A stretch of 64,000 nt of DNA from Acidimicrobiaceae bacterium UBA2093 (lineage in GTDB: Bacteria > Actinomycetota > Acidimicrobiia > Acidimicrobiales > Ilumatobacteraceae). The stretch spans positions 101,077 to 165,076 of the forward strand of contig DCZD01000002.1 in assembly GCA_002331255.1 (NCBI GenBank), given 5' to 3'. A program made the translations under genes and the position numbers. This document shows, in pieces, positions 17,005 through 26,400 of this stretch (the stretch's first letter is position 1; each line of letters begins with the position of its first letter). The notes beneath the pieces are model-generated. The model had not been told where the DNA came from, did not search any database, and saw only the letters and a list, made by a program, of their open reading frames with translations.

Positions 17005-19338
17005 TCACTGAGCCGCCCACGCCGCCTCAAATTCGGCTTCCAGGTCGCGTTGTTCGCGACCACTCACGTCGATCATGGCGCGGTGGATGACATTAGGGAA
17101 GCGGAACTCGTCCACGTAGTTGGTTGTCGCCGGTGTGCAGTCGTCGTAGCCACAGCAGATGCCCTCACCTGCGAGTGAAAATCTCACGGGAAGGCTCCGT
17201 TCCATGTGCACGGTCGCAAGGGGTTTTCCATCGATGATGATCGAGATGTCAGACGGTCCGGCAACACGAGGGTTCGCTCGCGCAGCAACGGCGGCTTGCG
17301 GATCGGGCTCAATCAATCGGATCTCTGCCGTCACCACATGTCGGCCGTCTGGCATCGGAGCTTTCACGGTGTGCTCGTCAACTCCGAGGTAGTTGTAAGT
17401 GAAACACGCGTGCCCGTCCTGTATGTACAGGGAGAAGCCAGCAAAACGACCACCAGCTGCAATCAACACGCCTTCGTCTCCTTTGTCGCACGTGACATCG
17501 GCAACTAGTCGCGTCGTGCGGCGGTGCAAGAAAGGAGCGTTGGCTTCTGGCAGAGGTGCCGCACCTTGACGCAAGTGCACCGTGTCGCCGATCGGTCCTG
17601 GTGGCCGCTTCGTCGCCACGGAACGACGAGCCTGCAGTGGCAGTGCACCGTATTTCCATGCTTCGTCCCACCAGAGTTGTTTCATCATCTCAAGCCGCCC
17701 CGGCTCTGCCCCAGCGAGGTCATTGGTCTCGGCGGGGTCGGTTGCGACGTTGTAGAGCTCCCACACGTCTTGTGAATATGGTGCGTCCGGATCGTCGGTC
17801 TCGACGTACTTCAACTGTGGATGGAAGGTGACTGCTTTCCATCCCTCATGGTAAATCGCGCGACATGCAAACTGCTCGTAGTACTGAGTGCCGCGTCCCG
17901 GATGGTTGGCTGTCTCGAACGACGGGATGATGCTTGCGCCAGCCAACGGGTCTTGGTCAATGCCATTGACTGCATCGGGCAAGTCAATTCCGGCGGCGGC
18001 AAGCACAGTTGCACCCAAGTCGACGGCGTGTACGTAACCGTGACGCAGTTGACCGGCAGCGGTATCGATGCGTGCAGGCCACGACACGAGAAGTGGGTCA
18101 CCGACACCACCCTCGTGGGTCTCGCGCTTCCAGCGCTTGAACGGTGTATTGCCCGCCATCGCCCAGCCCCATGCGTAATGGGAATGACTGTCGGGTCCAC
18201 CCAGTTCGTTGATCAACTCGAATGTACGTGCCTTGTCGTGAGGCAAACCATTGAAGACGAAGTTCTCGTTGAACGTGCCATGGACACCACCTTCAGATGA
18301 TGCACCGTTGTCACTGCTCACCATGATGAGCGTGTTGTCGAATTCGCCGGTGTTCTTCAAGAACTCGACGACCCGGCCGATCTGATGGTCGGTGTGCGTC
18401 AGCATTCCTGCGTACACCTCCATCATGCGGGCATACACGCGCCGGTCTTCGGGTGGGCATGAGTCCCACGCCGAAACCCATGTCGGACGATCATTGAGCA
18501 ATGTCGATGGCGGCATGACGCCGAGCTCTTTCTGGCGAGCGAGCACGCGTTCGCGGTATGCATCCCATCCATCATCGAACTGACCTTTGTATGCATCGAT
18601 GTAGTTGCGTGGCGCCTGGTGGGGTGAGTGGCATGCGCCGAACGCCATGTACATGAAAAATGGCTTCACTGGCTCGCCGACACGCATGTCGTTGATCATG
18701 CCGATTGCTTTGTCGACCATGTCCTCAGAGAAGTGATATCCCTCGCGGTGTTCAATGGAGTGGAGAAGTGTGTTATCCATCACAAGATCTGGCGCATACT
18801 GGTTTGTCTCTGCGCCGATGAACCCGTAATAGCGCTCGAACCCTTGGCCGAGTGGCCAACGATCGCGCGGTGCGCCGGCATGTAGTTCGTCTGCGGGCGC
18901 AAGATGCCACTTGCCGACAGCAAAGGTGGAATATCCGTTCTGTCGCAGTACTTCACTTACAAATGCGCAGCTCTTCGGAATGCGCGCATGGAAACCGGGG
19001 AAGCCCATTGCTAAGTCGGCGATGCCACCCATGCCGCAGGTGTGGTGGTTACGGCCAGTGAGGAGGCACGCGCGTGTGGGTGAGCACATCGCTGTCGTGT
19101 GGTAACGGGTGTATTGCAGCCCACCTTTGGCAAGAGCGTCGAGATGCGGTGTTTGCATTGGGCTGCCGAAACAACCGAAGTGGCCGTACCCCACGTCATC
19201 AAGGACGATCATGAGGATGTTCGGCGACTTCGCATTCGCGCGTGGTGGCAGCGGCCATGCCGGCACGCTGTCAGCCAGCGTCTCGCCGATCTTGCCGACG
19301 AAGGGAGTGCCTTCGGGATAAGTAAGTAGTTGGTCCAT
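17005..19338 (-). CDS. Cys-type arylsulfatase (large ~780-aa form)
   Basis: 777 aa with LMIVLDDVGYG and the formylglycine motif CSPTRACLLTGRNHH. GGAGGGA RBS is present. Confidence 0.9.
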   Translation of the reverse strand: MDQLLTYPEGTPFVGKIGETLADSVPAWPLPPRANAKSPNILMIVLDDVGYGHFGCFGSPMQTPHLDALAKGGLQYTRYHTTAMCSPTRACLLTGRNHHTCGMGGIADLAMGFPGFHARIPKSCAFVSEVLRQNGYSTFAVGKWHLAPADELHAGAPRDRWPLGQGFERYYGFIGAETNQYAPDLVMDNTLLHSIEHREGYHFSEDMVDKAIGMINDMRVGEPVKPFFMYMAFGACHSPHQAPRNYIDAYKGQFDDGWDAYRERVLARQKELGVMPPSTLLNDRPTWVSAWDSCPPEDRRVYARMMEVYAGMLTHTDHQIGRVVEFLKNTGEFDNTLIMVSSDNGASSEGGVHGTFNENFVFNGLPHDKARTFELINELGGPDSHSHYAWGWAMAGNTPFKRWKRETHEGGVGDPLLVSWPARIDTAAGQLRHGYVHAVDLGATVLAAAGIDLPDAVNGIDQDPLAGASIIPSFETANHPGRGTQYYEQFACRAIYHEGWKAVTFHPQLKYVETDDPDAPYSQDVWELYNVATDPAETNDLAGAEPGRLEMMKQLWWDEAWKYGALPLQARRSVATKRPPGPIGDTVHLRQGAAPLPEANAPFLHRRTTRLVADVTCDKGDEGVLIAAGGRFAGFSLYIQDGHACFTYNYLGVDEHTVKAPMPDGRHVVTAEIRLIEPDPQAAVAARANPRVAGPSDISIIIDGKPLATVHMERSLPVRFSLAGEGICCGYDDCTPATTNYVDEFRFPNVIHRAMIDVSGREQRDLEAEFEAAWAAQ

Positions 19339-19394
19339 GGTCCCTCCAGTGGATGGTTCGATTGTTGGCGTTGTGAACGTTTGAAAGTGATCCG

Positions 19395-20135
19395 TTAACG
19401 AGGTCCACCAGCAAGAATCGACGGATCTTTCCGAAGTTCACGACGAGCCATCGCTTCGAAGAAGCCGATGAAACCGTCTCCATCGCTGTTACGGAAGCGT
19501 TCTTGAACTTGACTTGCGAGTGGCGTCCCACCGCCGATGGATTCGACGTACCAAGCGTGCTGACAACGTTGCTCGAGCGCAACGGCACGCTGGTGAACGG
19601 CGCGAATACTCTTGCCTGTCACGAAGACTCCGTGATTGGCGAGAAGAGCCATATCAGCGTCACCCATTGCGGTCGCCGCAGCCATCGCTGAGTCCATGTC
19701 ATTTACTGCCGACTTGTATTCGTCAACGAGGGTTACAGTTCCTCCGCCAAGCGCGCTTGACTGGTCATAGGGTGGCGGCACCCGACCAGCGTTTGCGAAT
19801 GTCGTTCCGTATAACGGGTGGTTATGCATGGCAACGATGACATCATCGCGTAGGCGATGAAGAGCAACGTGCAACGGAATTCCAAGCGGAACGTCCCATT
19901 TTCCGGCAATTTTGTTGCCATCTTTGTCCATCACCAACACGTCATCTGGTCCGAACTCATCCCACACGAGTGGCCACGGGTTAACTAGGTACGTGTCATC
20001 TGGCTGTTTGTAAGTGATGTGACCAGCTAGATGATCGTCGTATCCCTCCTGCATGAGTGTGCGTGCAAGCAATACAACGAGTTGCCGCGGGCCAAGATCG
20101 GGCAAGAGGCGAGCGGGCGAGAAGGCGACCATCAA
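19395..20135 (-). CDS. class II aldolase/adducin-domain protein
   Basis: 246 aa with HVALH, HNHPLYG and LANHGVFVTG (metal-His pattern). The track start 20135 is a TTG. The ATG at 20132 overlaps the upstream stop by 1 nt. Confidence 0.85.
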   Translation of the reverse strand: MMVAFSPARLLPDLGPRQLVVLLARTLMQEGYDDHLAGHITYKQPDDTYLVNPWPLVWDEFGPDDVLVMDKDGNKIAGKWDVPLGIPLHVALHRLRDDVIVAMHNHPLYGTTFANAGRVPPPYDQSSALGGGTVTLVDEYKSAVNDMDSAMAAATAMGDADMALLANHGVFVTGKSIRAVHQRAVALEQRCQHAWYVESIGGGTPLASQVQERFRNSDGDGFIGFFEAMARRELRKDPSILAGGPR

Positions 20136-21337
20136 TTGACCGCCGGCAACACTTCAAGTGGAAGTGGGTGTCGGTATAGGCGGGATGCATTCTCGCTGCA
20201 GAGTTTGCGAAGCACTTGTGGAGGTAGATGGCCCCATGCCTTCTTTAGTTCTGCCTGAGTGTCTGGCCATGTGCTGTCACCGTGTGGGTAGTCAACTTCG
20301 ACCATGATGTGGTCCTCACCAATGACGTCGTACAAGTCGATGGTGCTCGGGTCATCAATGGTGCAGAAGTAGAAGTTGCGGCGCAGGATCTCTGCTGGTC
20401 GTAGGTCCCAACCACGACCGTAACCACTTCGATCGACGACGTTTTCGAGGCGGTCGATCAGCATCGGGACCCATCCGATGCCCCCTTCGCTCATCGCTAT
20501 CTTCAGTGTCGGGAATCGGTATCCGTATCCACTCCATAGCCATTCGGCACAAGCATTCAATGACAGTTGACCAAACATCGTGGCGCCAAGTTGAAGTGCG
20601 GGTGCCGCTTCAGGAAGTGGGTACATACCGCTTGAGCCCACATGCAAGGAGATGACGGTGTCGGTCTCAACGCATGCTTCGATGACAGGATCCCACCAAC
20701 CCGTGAAAATTGACGGCAGTCCAACGTTATGCGGACGCTCAGGCAACGTCACCGTTGTGAAACCGCGCGTAGCATTTCGGCGAATCTCTTCAGCCGCTAA
20801 GTGTGCGTCGGCAAGATAGGTGATGCCACAACGAATGATGCGCTCTGGGTACGGAGCCCACCATTCTTCGTGCATCCAATCGTTCCATGCGCGCGTCACA
20901 GCGAGGCCCAAGTCAGGATTGGCACACGCGCTGAAGACTCGACCGGCGAAGCCGGCAATCTGCGATGGGAAGTTGAGTGACGCCCAGCACCCGATCACGT
21001 CCATGTCTTTGACACGTTCATGGATATCCCAGCAGCCACGACGCATGTCTTCGAAACGCGTTGGCTCAAGTGACCGCGCTTCTGGCCGACGCCCGGCGAC
21101 AGCGTTCATGCCCACTTGCGAAAAAGTCTGTCCGTCGAACTGCCACACCTGGTGTCCGTGCTCGTTCACGACCAACGAAGGAGCGTCCGCTTGGAGCTGG
21201 GATGGCAAGCGTCCGTCGAACATGTCAGGTGGCTCAACCAAGTGATCGTCGACGGAGATAAGTGTGTAATGCACCGGTCGCGCTTCCGGGTCGGGAAGCA
21301 GCACGTCTGAGTTGGTATCGCCGATGACGTAGGTCAT
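20132..21337 (-). CDS. PF04909-type (amidohydrolase_2 / ACMSD-like) metal-dependent hydrolase
   Basis: 401 aa with LISVDDHLVEPP and VDYPHGDSTWP. ATGA overlap with the upstream CoA-ligase stop. Confidence 0.85.
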   Translation of the reverse strand: MTYVIGDTNSDVLLPDPEARPVHYTLISVDDHLVEPPDMFDGRLPSQLQADAPSLVVNEHGHQVWQFDGQTFSQVGMNAVAGRRPEARSLEPTRFEDMRRGCWDIHERVKDMDVIGCWASLNFPSQIAGFAGRVFSACANPDLGLAVTRAWNDWMHEEWWAPYPERIIRCGITYLADAHLAAEEIRRNATRGFTTVTLPERPHNVGLPSIFTGWWDPVIEACVETDTVISLHVGSSGMYPLPEAAPALQLGATMFGQLSLNACAEWLWSGYGYRFPTLKIAMSEGGIGWVPMLIDRLENVVDRSGYGRGWDLRPAEILRRNFYFCTIDDPSTIDLYDVIGEDHIMVEVDYPHGDSTWPDTQAELKKAWGHLPPQVLRKLCSENASRLYRHPLPLEVLPAVN

Positions 21338-23034
21338 GAGATTGCTCCAGAGGGAAGGAAACTGACGCGACTATTGTCCACGAACTGGCGGTGTAGCGCA
21401 TCCTTCAGCTCGGAACTGAACGGCTCGAGCGGCGCCCCAGGAGTGGCGCGCCAATACATAGGCTCGTTGACCAGCCACGATTCGACCCGCAGTGGCTGCT
21501 TATTAACCTTGTTATTGGCCGTCAACGGGATGCTCGTCGCGACCCGCACGAACCGAGGTGCCCATTTCGTGCCGAGGTCTTTTTGCTGAGTGAGGAATGA
21601 GTCGAAAGCCCGAGTATCGAATGTCGCCCCCGGAGCCATCTCTAATGCCGCCATGACCTGATCGCCTGTCCGCGGGTCCGGCACTGCGTAGACCGCAACC
21701 ATGACGACACCGGGGAAGCGACGGAGAATCTCCTCAATCGGTGACGATGCAAAGTTTTCGCTGTCGACGCGCAACCAGTCGGCATTACGACCCGCGAAAT
21801 AAAAGAAGCCAGCCGCATCGCGATAGCCGAGATCGCCACTCCAGAACCAACCACCCCGCATGCGCGACTCGGAGGCTTCCTTGTTGTTGTAGTAGCCCTC
21901 GAATGCTTGTCCTGGATTTCTGTTGACAAGCTCGCCGATGGCTTCCGTGGGATTTAGTAACGCGCCATGTTGATCAAATTCTGCTCGTGCACATTCTTCG
22001 CCGGTCTCCGAGTTCACGACCGCAATGTCATCGACAGGATTACGAGGAAGACCTAGTGACCCTGGCGGCGATTCTGGGGTGAGGCCGATGATGACGCCGT
22101 TCTCACTGCTGCCGTAGCTCTCGATGAGTTTGCACTTGAATCGCTCTTCGAACAATTTCCGGTCGAGGATGCTCGCTTCAGTTCCGAAACCTGCGCGCAA
22201 GTTGTTCTTCGCATCGAACTGAGTCTCGGGTTGGGCGAGGATGTAAGCGATGGTTCGCCCGACATAGGTGAAAAACGTTGCGTTGTGTTCACGAATGTCA
22301 TCGAGGAACTTCGACGCAGAAAACTTGCGACGCAACACCACAGTTGCGCCGAAATGCAGAGCCGATGACCACAAGGCCATCAGTGCATTTCCATGGAAGA
22401 GTGGCATGGGTGAGTAGCAGATGTCATCACGGGTGACGCCGGTGATCTCGGACGCCCTGATGCCGGATATGGCCATGCGTGCAGTGCTACACACGACCAA
22501 CTTTGGAGCGCTGGTACTGCCGCTGGTGAACAGCAGGAAGAGAGGTGCCGCAGGGCTCGGGTCGTCTTCCGGAGCCTGCACGCCGACGTCTGCATGTTGG
22601 GCGAGCAGCGCGCGGTATTCATCGGAGTCGACGAACAAAGTGGTGTGCACTGCGCCGAGGTCGAGGCCTTCGAGTAAATGCCGACTCTGAGTGTCTGTGA
22701 TGATGAGTTGACAGTCGGCGTGTCTGATGTCCTTGGCGAGTTCTTCACCTCGACGCGTGGGGTTGATGCCGACGATTGCTCCGCCAGCAAATGCTGCACC
22801 ACCGGCCAACAACAAGTACTCAGGCGTGTTCTCTAGCAGTACGCCAATGTGGGGAATTCCTGGCCGAAGAAGTTTGCCTAGCATCGCGCCGCGCACTGCC
22901 GACTGCAGGGCTACGTCGTTCCAGGTGTACCGCTCATTGTCGAGTACGTAACCCATGCGGTCATCACCGAGTCGGGCACGAAGTTGCGACGCGACCGTCG
23001 GAATGGACGTCGGATCAATTCCGTTCAACGCCAT
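21334..23034 (-). CDS. AMP-forming acyl-CoA synthetase, FadD17/FadD19-like
   Basis: 566 aa with FTSGSTSAPKLV, ESYGSSENG and FWSGDLGYRDAAGFFYFAGRNADWLRVDSENF. Confidence 0.9.
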   Translation of the reverse strand: MALNGIDPTSIPTVASQLRARLGDDRMGYVLDNERYTWNDVALQSAVRGAMLGKLLRPGIPHIGVLLENTPEYLLLAGGAAFAGGAIVGINPTRRGEELAKDIRHADCQLIITDTQSRHLLEGLDLGAVHTTLFVDSDEYRALLAQHADVGVQAPEDDPSPAAPLFLLFTSGSTSAPKLVVCSTARMAISGIRASEITGVTRDDICYSPMPLFHGNALMALWSSALHFGATVVLRRKFSASKFLDDIREHNATFFTYVGRTIAYILAQPETQFDAKNNLRAGFGTEASILDRKLFEERFKCKLIESYGSSENGVIIGLTPESPPGSLGLPRNPVDDIAVVNSETGEECARAEFDQHGALLNPTEAIGELVNRNPGQAFEGYYNNKEASESRMRGGWFWSGDLGYRDAAGFFYFAGRNADWLRVDSENFASSPIEEILRRFPGVVMVAVYAVPDPRTGDQVMAALEMAPGATFDTRAFDSFLTQQKDLGTKWAPRFVRVATSIPLTANNKVNKQPLRVESWLVNEPMYWRATPGAPLEPFSSELKDALHRQFVDNSRVSFLPSGAIS

Positions 23035-23071
23035 ATGCGAATTCCCCCGTGTTGTGTACGACTGTTTGCCG

Positions 23072-24004
23072 CTATTTGACCGCCACCGGATTCACCATCG
23101 ACCCCGTTCCTCGGGTGATGGGCTCTGGTGAAGCGTTCAGCAAGAAATCGTATTGCCCGTCGCGGGCACAGTCCTCAGCCAGTTCTTCGAGGTTCCAGTT
23201 CTGGCCTTGAATCATCCCCATATGCACGAGGTGTAGGAAGTGCACAGGCAGCCAGGCCTCCTTGCTCTCGCACGGGAAGACCTCGAAGATGAGGTTGTCC
23301 AGCGCAAGGGCAGCGACGCTGTGGCGATGCATCCACTCAGCGGCATGAATTCCTGGACCAGGGGCCGTGATGGCGTAATTCAGTCTGTCGCCACTCAGAA
23401 AGACCTGCATGTGGCCAGTACGCAACAGAATGATGTCGCCTGGTTGGACCGTGAGTCCGGTGAGTGCCAGTGCAGCATCGAGATCATCGGGCCCGATGGC
23501 GTGACCACCTGGAAGTCGGTCTACCCCGCGAGCGCGTGCGACGTCGAGCAAAATACCGCGACTGACAATTGTTGAGATTGCATCGATACCGCAAAGGTCA
23601 GCACCTTCAGAGGTGATAGCCGATGCGGGGTGGCCGTTGTACAAGTGACCGTCAAGACTTGCGTGCGATAACGCATCCCAGTGCGTGCACGCTTGCACGC
23701 CCATCGTGATCGCATCATCGTTCCAACATCCGGTGCTTCCGGGTTGCGATGGTTCGTTGACCATCACCATCGTGTGCACAGGATTGTCACGACCCTTGAC
23801 GAAGCCCATTTGTGGACCGTTCTCGTCGAGTGGAAGTCCGAGTGCGAACGCACGTCCGGTTCGCACTGATTTCACTCCGCGCAGTCGCGCGGCATCGTCG
23901 ACGAAGTTCAATGTACCCAGTTGATCGTCGCTACCCCAGCGACCCCAATTGTTGACTTTCTTGGCTATTACCTCGACATGTTCAGGAAGCGGCACCCCCG
24001 TCAC
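23072..24004 (-). CDS. cyclase-family protein (kynurenine-formamidase-like fold)
   Basis: 310 aa with WGRWGSDDQLGTLN and ACTHWDALSH (degenerate HxGTHxDxPxH). Confidence 0.75.
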   Translation of the reverse strand: MTGVPLPEHVEVIAKKVNNWGRWGSDDQLGTLNFVDDAARLRGVKSVRTGRAFALGLPLDENGPQMGFVKGRDNPVHTMVMVNEPSQPGSTGCWNDDAITMGVQACTHWDALSHASLDGHLYNGHPASAITSEGADLCGIDAISTIVSRGILLDVARARGVDRLPGGHAIGPDDLDAALALTGLTVQPGDIILLRTGHMQVFLSGDRLNYAITAPGPGIHAAEWMHRHSVAALALDNLIFEVFPCESKEAWLPVHFLHLVHMGMIQGQNWNLEELAEDCARDGQYDFLLNASPEPITRGTGSMVNPVAVK

Positions 24005-24016
24005 CGCACTCTCTGA

Positions 24017-25270
24017 CTAAGGCTTGCGCCAACGACCCGTGACCGGGTCGAGGTTCAACATCTTGATGGCATTGCCACGTGCCAACTTGTAGACCAGTTC
24101 GTCGGAGAGGTCTTGCACCTGCTCTTCGAAGATCTTCTTCGAGAATGGCCACGTGCTGTCGGTGTGTGGGTAGTCCGTTTCAAACGTGACGTTGTCTTCG
24201 CCGATGCGGTGCAGGCTCTCGAGACCGTGACGGTCGCGATAGAAGCAGCCGTAGATCTGACGGTGCCAGTAGGTGCTCGGTGGTTCAGGAATGAGTTCCT
24301 TTACTCCGCCCCATGCACGGTGCTCGTGCCACACATCGTCGGCGCGTTCGAGGATGTAGGGCACCCAACCGATCTGGCCTTCGCTGTACGCCAACTTCAA
24401 ATTCGGATGGCGTACGAGAACTCCGCTGAAGAGGAAGTCCGAGAGCGAGCTCATCGCGTTACCGAAGCTGAGTGTGGCTGCAACTGCGGGCGGAGCGTCG
24501 GACGAGGTTGCTGGCATCTGGCTGGAAGAACCGATGTGCATGCAGATGATGGTGTTGGTTTCTTCGCAAGCTTCGAAGAATGGTTCCCAATAGCCGCTAT
24601 GCAGCGTGGGTAGTCCGAGCTTCGCGGTAATTTCCGAAAAGGCAACGGCTGTTGCGCCACGCGCGGCGTTCTTGCGAATTTCCTCGGCAGCGAGTTGCAC
24701 GTCCCACAGTGGGATGAGCGGAAGTGGAATGAGGCGACCATCAGAGTCTCCGCACCACTCTTCGATCATCCAGTCGTTGTATGCGCGGACGCATGCAAGT
24801 GCGAGATCCTTGTCTTTGCGCTCTGCGAATGTCTGACCACAGAAGCGGGGCATGGTGGGGAAGCACAGGGAACCTTCGACGTGATCGGCGTCCATGTCTT
24901 TGAGCCGTTCTTTCGGGTCATAGCAACCAGGACGCATCTCGTCGTAGGTGATGGGCGAGAGTGTCATGTCGTCACGCTCGAAACCAACTGCTGCTACGTG
25001 GCGCTTGTGCGGCTGAACCAAGTCTTCGTAGAACCAGGTGTCGGCTTTCGGCTTCGAGTCATCCCACTCGATGTCGTATTGCGTGCCGCCTTTGTAGACC
25101 ATGTTGCCAATTCCGCGGCGCTCGACGCGCGGAAGGTTCGGGTGATCGCGGAACTTCGGGTCGATCCATCGCTCAAAGATGTGCGGAGGTTCAACAACGT
25201 GATCGTCGACGCTGATGATTTTTGGAATCTCGCGTCCGCTCGTTCTGTCGCCTGCGGTGTTCTCAGCCAT
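24017..25270 (-). CDS. PF04909-type amidohydrolase (paralogue of 39544..40797)
   Basis: 417 aa with IISVDDHVVEPP, CFPTMPRFCGQTF and TDYPHTDSTWP. By eye it is well over half identical to the 39544 gene. Confidence 0.88.
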   Translation of the reverse strand: MAENTAGDRTSGREIPKIISVDDHVVEPPHIFERWIDPKFRDHPNLPRVERRGIGNMVYKGGTQYDIEWDDSKPKADTWFYEDLVQPHKRHVAAVGFERDDMTLSPITYDEMRPGCYDPKERLKDMDADHVEGSLCFPTMPRFCGQTFAERKDKDLALACVRAYNDWMIEEWCGDSDGRLIPLPLIPLWDVQLAAEEIRKNAARGATAVAFSEITAKLGLPTLHSGYWEPFFEACEETNTIICMHIGSSSQMPATSSDAPPAVAATLSFGNAMSSLSDFLFSGVLVRHPNLKLAYSEGQIGWVPYILERADDVWHEHRAWGGVKELIPEPPSTYWHRQIYGCFYRDRHGLESLHRIGEDNVTFETDYPHTDSTWPFSKKIFEEQVQDLSDELVYKLARGNAIKMLNLDPVTGRWRKP

Positions 25271-25331
25271 GACTGTCCCTTCGCGCTCACCACAACTTCC
25301 GAAACGTCAGAAATGCTTGTGGTTGGTACTT

Positions 25332-25348
25332 TCTGACACGGTATCAGA
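25332..25348. promoter_or_regulatory. palindromic operator candidate TCTGACACGGTATCAGA (copy B)
   Basis: One arm mismatch (ATCAGA). It lies 62 nt upstream of the ATG at 25270. Confidence 0.45.
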
Positions 25349-25391
25349 AACTTTTCCGGAGCCGCTAGGGGAGCAGCAAACTAACGGGCGT

Positions 25392-26318
25392 TCACTTCGG
25401 CAGTTGCGGGAGGATCTCAGCCCCCCATTTCGCCACATTTTCAGCGAATTCCACTGGGTGCTCACCAGCCACATTCACCACCAACACTGTGACGCCTGCC
25501 TCGGCCAAGTGGTGTGCCTCATCGATCACGGCCTGTGGCGAGGCGTTCTGGTCGCCAAAGTGAGTCTGCTGTGCGGGAAGCATCGCAACATCGAACGTCG
25601 AGATATCGCGCCCTGCCTCGGTGAGCAGTTCATGGAGACGTTGGATGCGCACACGCAGGTCATCAACGGTTTCCATGCCAGGAGTACCGAGAAACTTCGC
25701 GCTTGATTTCGGTGAGGGCATTGGTGCCCAGCCGTTGGCGAAACGAACGGCGCGTTCGATCGCTTTCATGGAGTTACCGCCCACCCAGATTGGGGGATGC
25801 GGACGTTGCGTCGGGGCAGGCTGCACCACGATGTTCTTTGCAACGAAGTCAAGTCCGTCGTGGTCGAACGGCACGCCGGACCATGCTTTGATCATGGTGT
25901 CCAGAGCGTCATCGCAGCGAGCGGCACGATCATCGAACGGAACGCCAAGTGCGGCGAATTCTGACTGAAGGTACCCAGCGCCGACACCCAGGATGAGACG
26001 ACCACCGGACAACACGTCGAGGCTGGCGACATTCTTCGCAGCGAGCAACGGATTGCGATATGGCAACACCATCAAATTGGTGTGAACTTTGAGTCGCGAC
26101 GTGTTCGCTGCAGCAAAGCTGAGTGCAACAAACGGGTCGAGGGTTGGATGGCCCCCATGAGTGAGCCACTTCGCATCGGGCGCGGGGTGGTCGGTGGCAA
26201 ACACTGCATCGAACCCAGCGCTCTCGGCGGCACGGGCACTAAGCCCGATGCCTTCGGCGGACACGAACTGCCCACTTGGGTCGGGTCTGTCGATCGGTAG
26301 GCCTACGGAGACGCGCAC
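25392..26318 (-). CDS. LLM-class flavin/F420-dependent oxidoreductase
   Basis: LILGVGAGYLQSEF and PIWVGGNSMKAIERAVRFANGW. The track start 26435 would overlap the divergent gene at 26401. I place the start at GTG 26318 (VRVSVGLP...), the usual LLM N-terminus. The start is uncertain; ATG 26396 is also possible. Confidence 0.8.
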   Translation of the reverse strand: MRVSVGLPIDRPDPSGQFVSAEGIGLSARAAESAGFDAVFATDHPAPDAKWLTHGGHPTLDPFVALSFAAANTSRLKVHTNLMVLPYRNPLLAAKNVASLDVLSGGRLILGVGAGYLQSEFAALGVPFDDRAARCDDALDTMIKAWSGVPFDHDGLDFVAKNIVVQPAPTQRPHPPIWVGGNSMKAIERAVRFANGWAPMPSPKSSAKFLGTPGMETVDDLRVRIQRLHELLTEAGRDISTFDVAMLPAQQTHFGDQNASPQAVIDEAHHLAEAGVTVLVVNVAGEHPVEFAENVAKWGAEILPQLPK

Positions 26319-26400
26319 GTGCTCACTATAGAGTCGGACTTCGTGCGCCGAGCCATGGCGCCGTGTGTAAACACTTGTCGCCGACCGAAAGGACATCACC

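Noticed and set aside
25295-25311. Possible extra copies of the TCTGAC palindrome: GTCAGA half-sites at 25306-25311 and 31164-31169, CTGAC at 31116-31120, the inverted-order CGTCAGAATTTCGGACG at about 45042-45058 inside an SDR gene, and CTGAAATTGTCAG at about 36763-36775.
   Set aside because: Only one arm matches, or the arm order or spacing differs from the 6-N5-6 architecture of the four good copies. They may be auxiliary half-sites but are not countable as operators.
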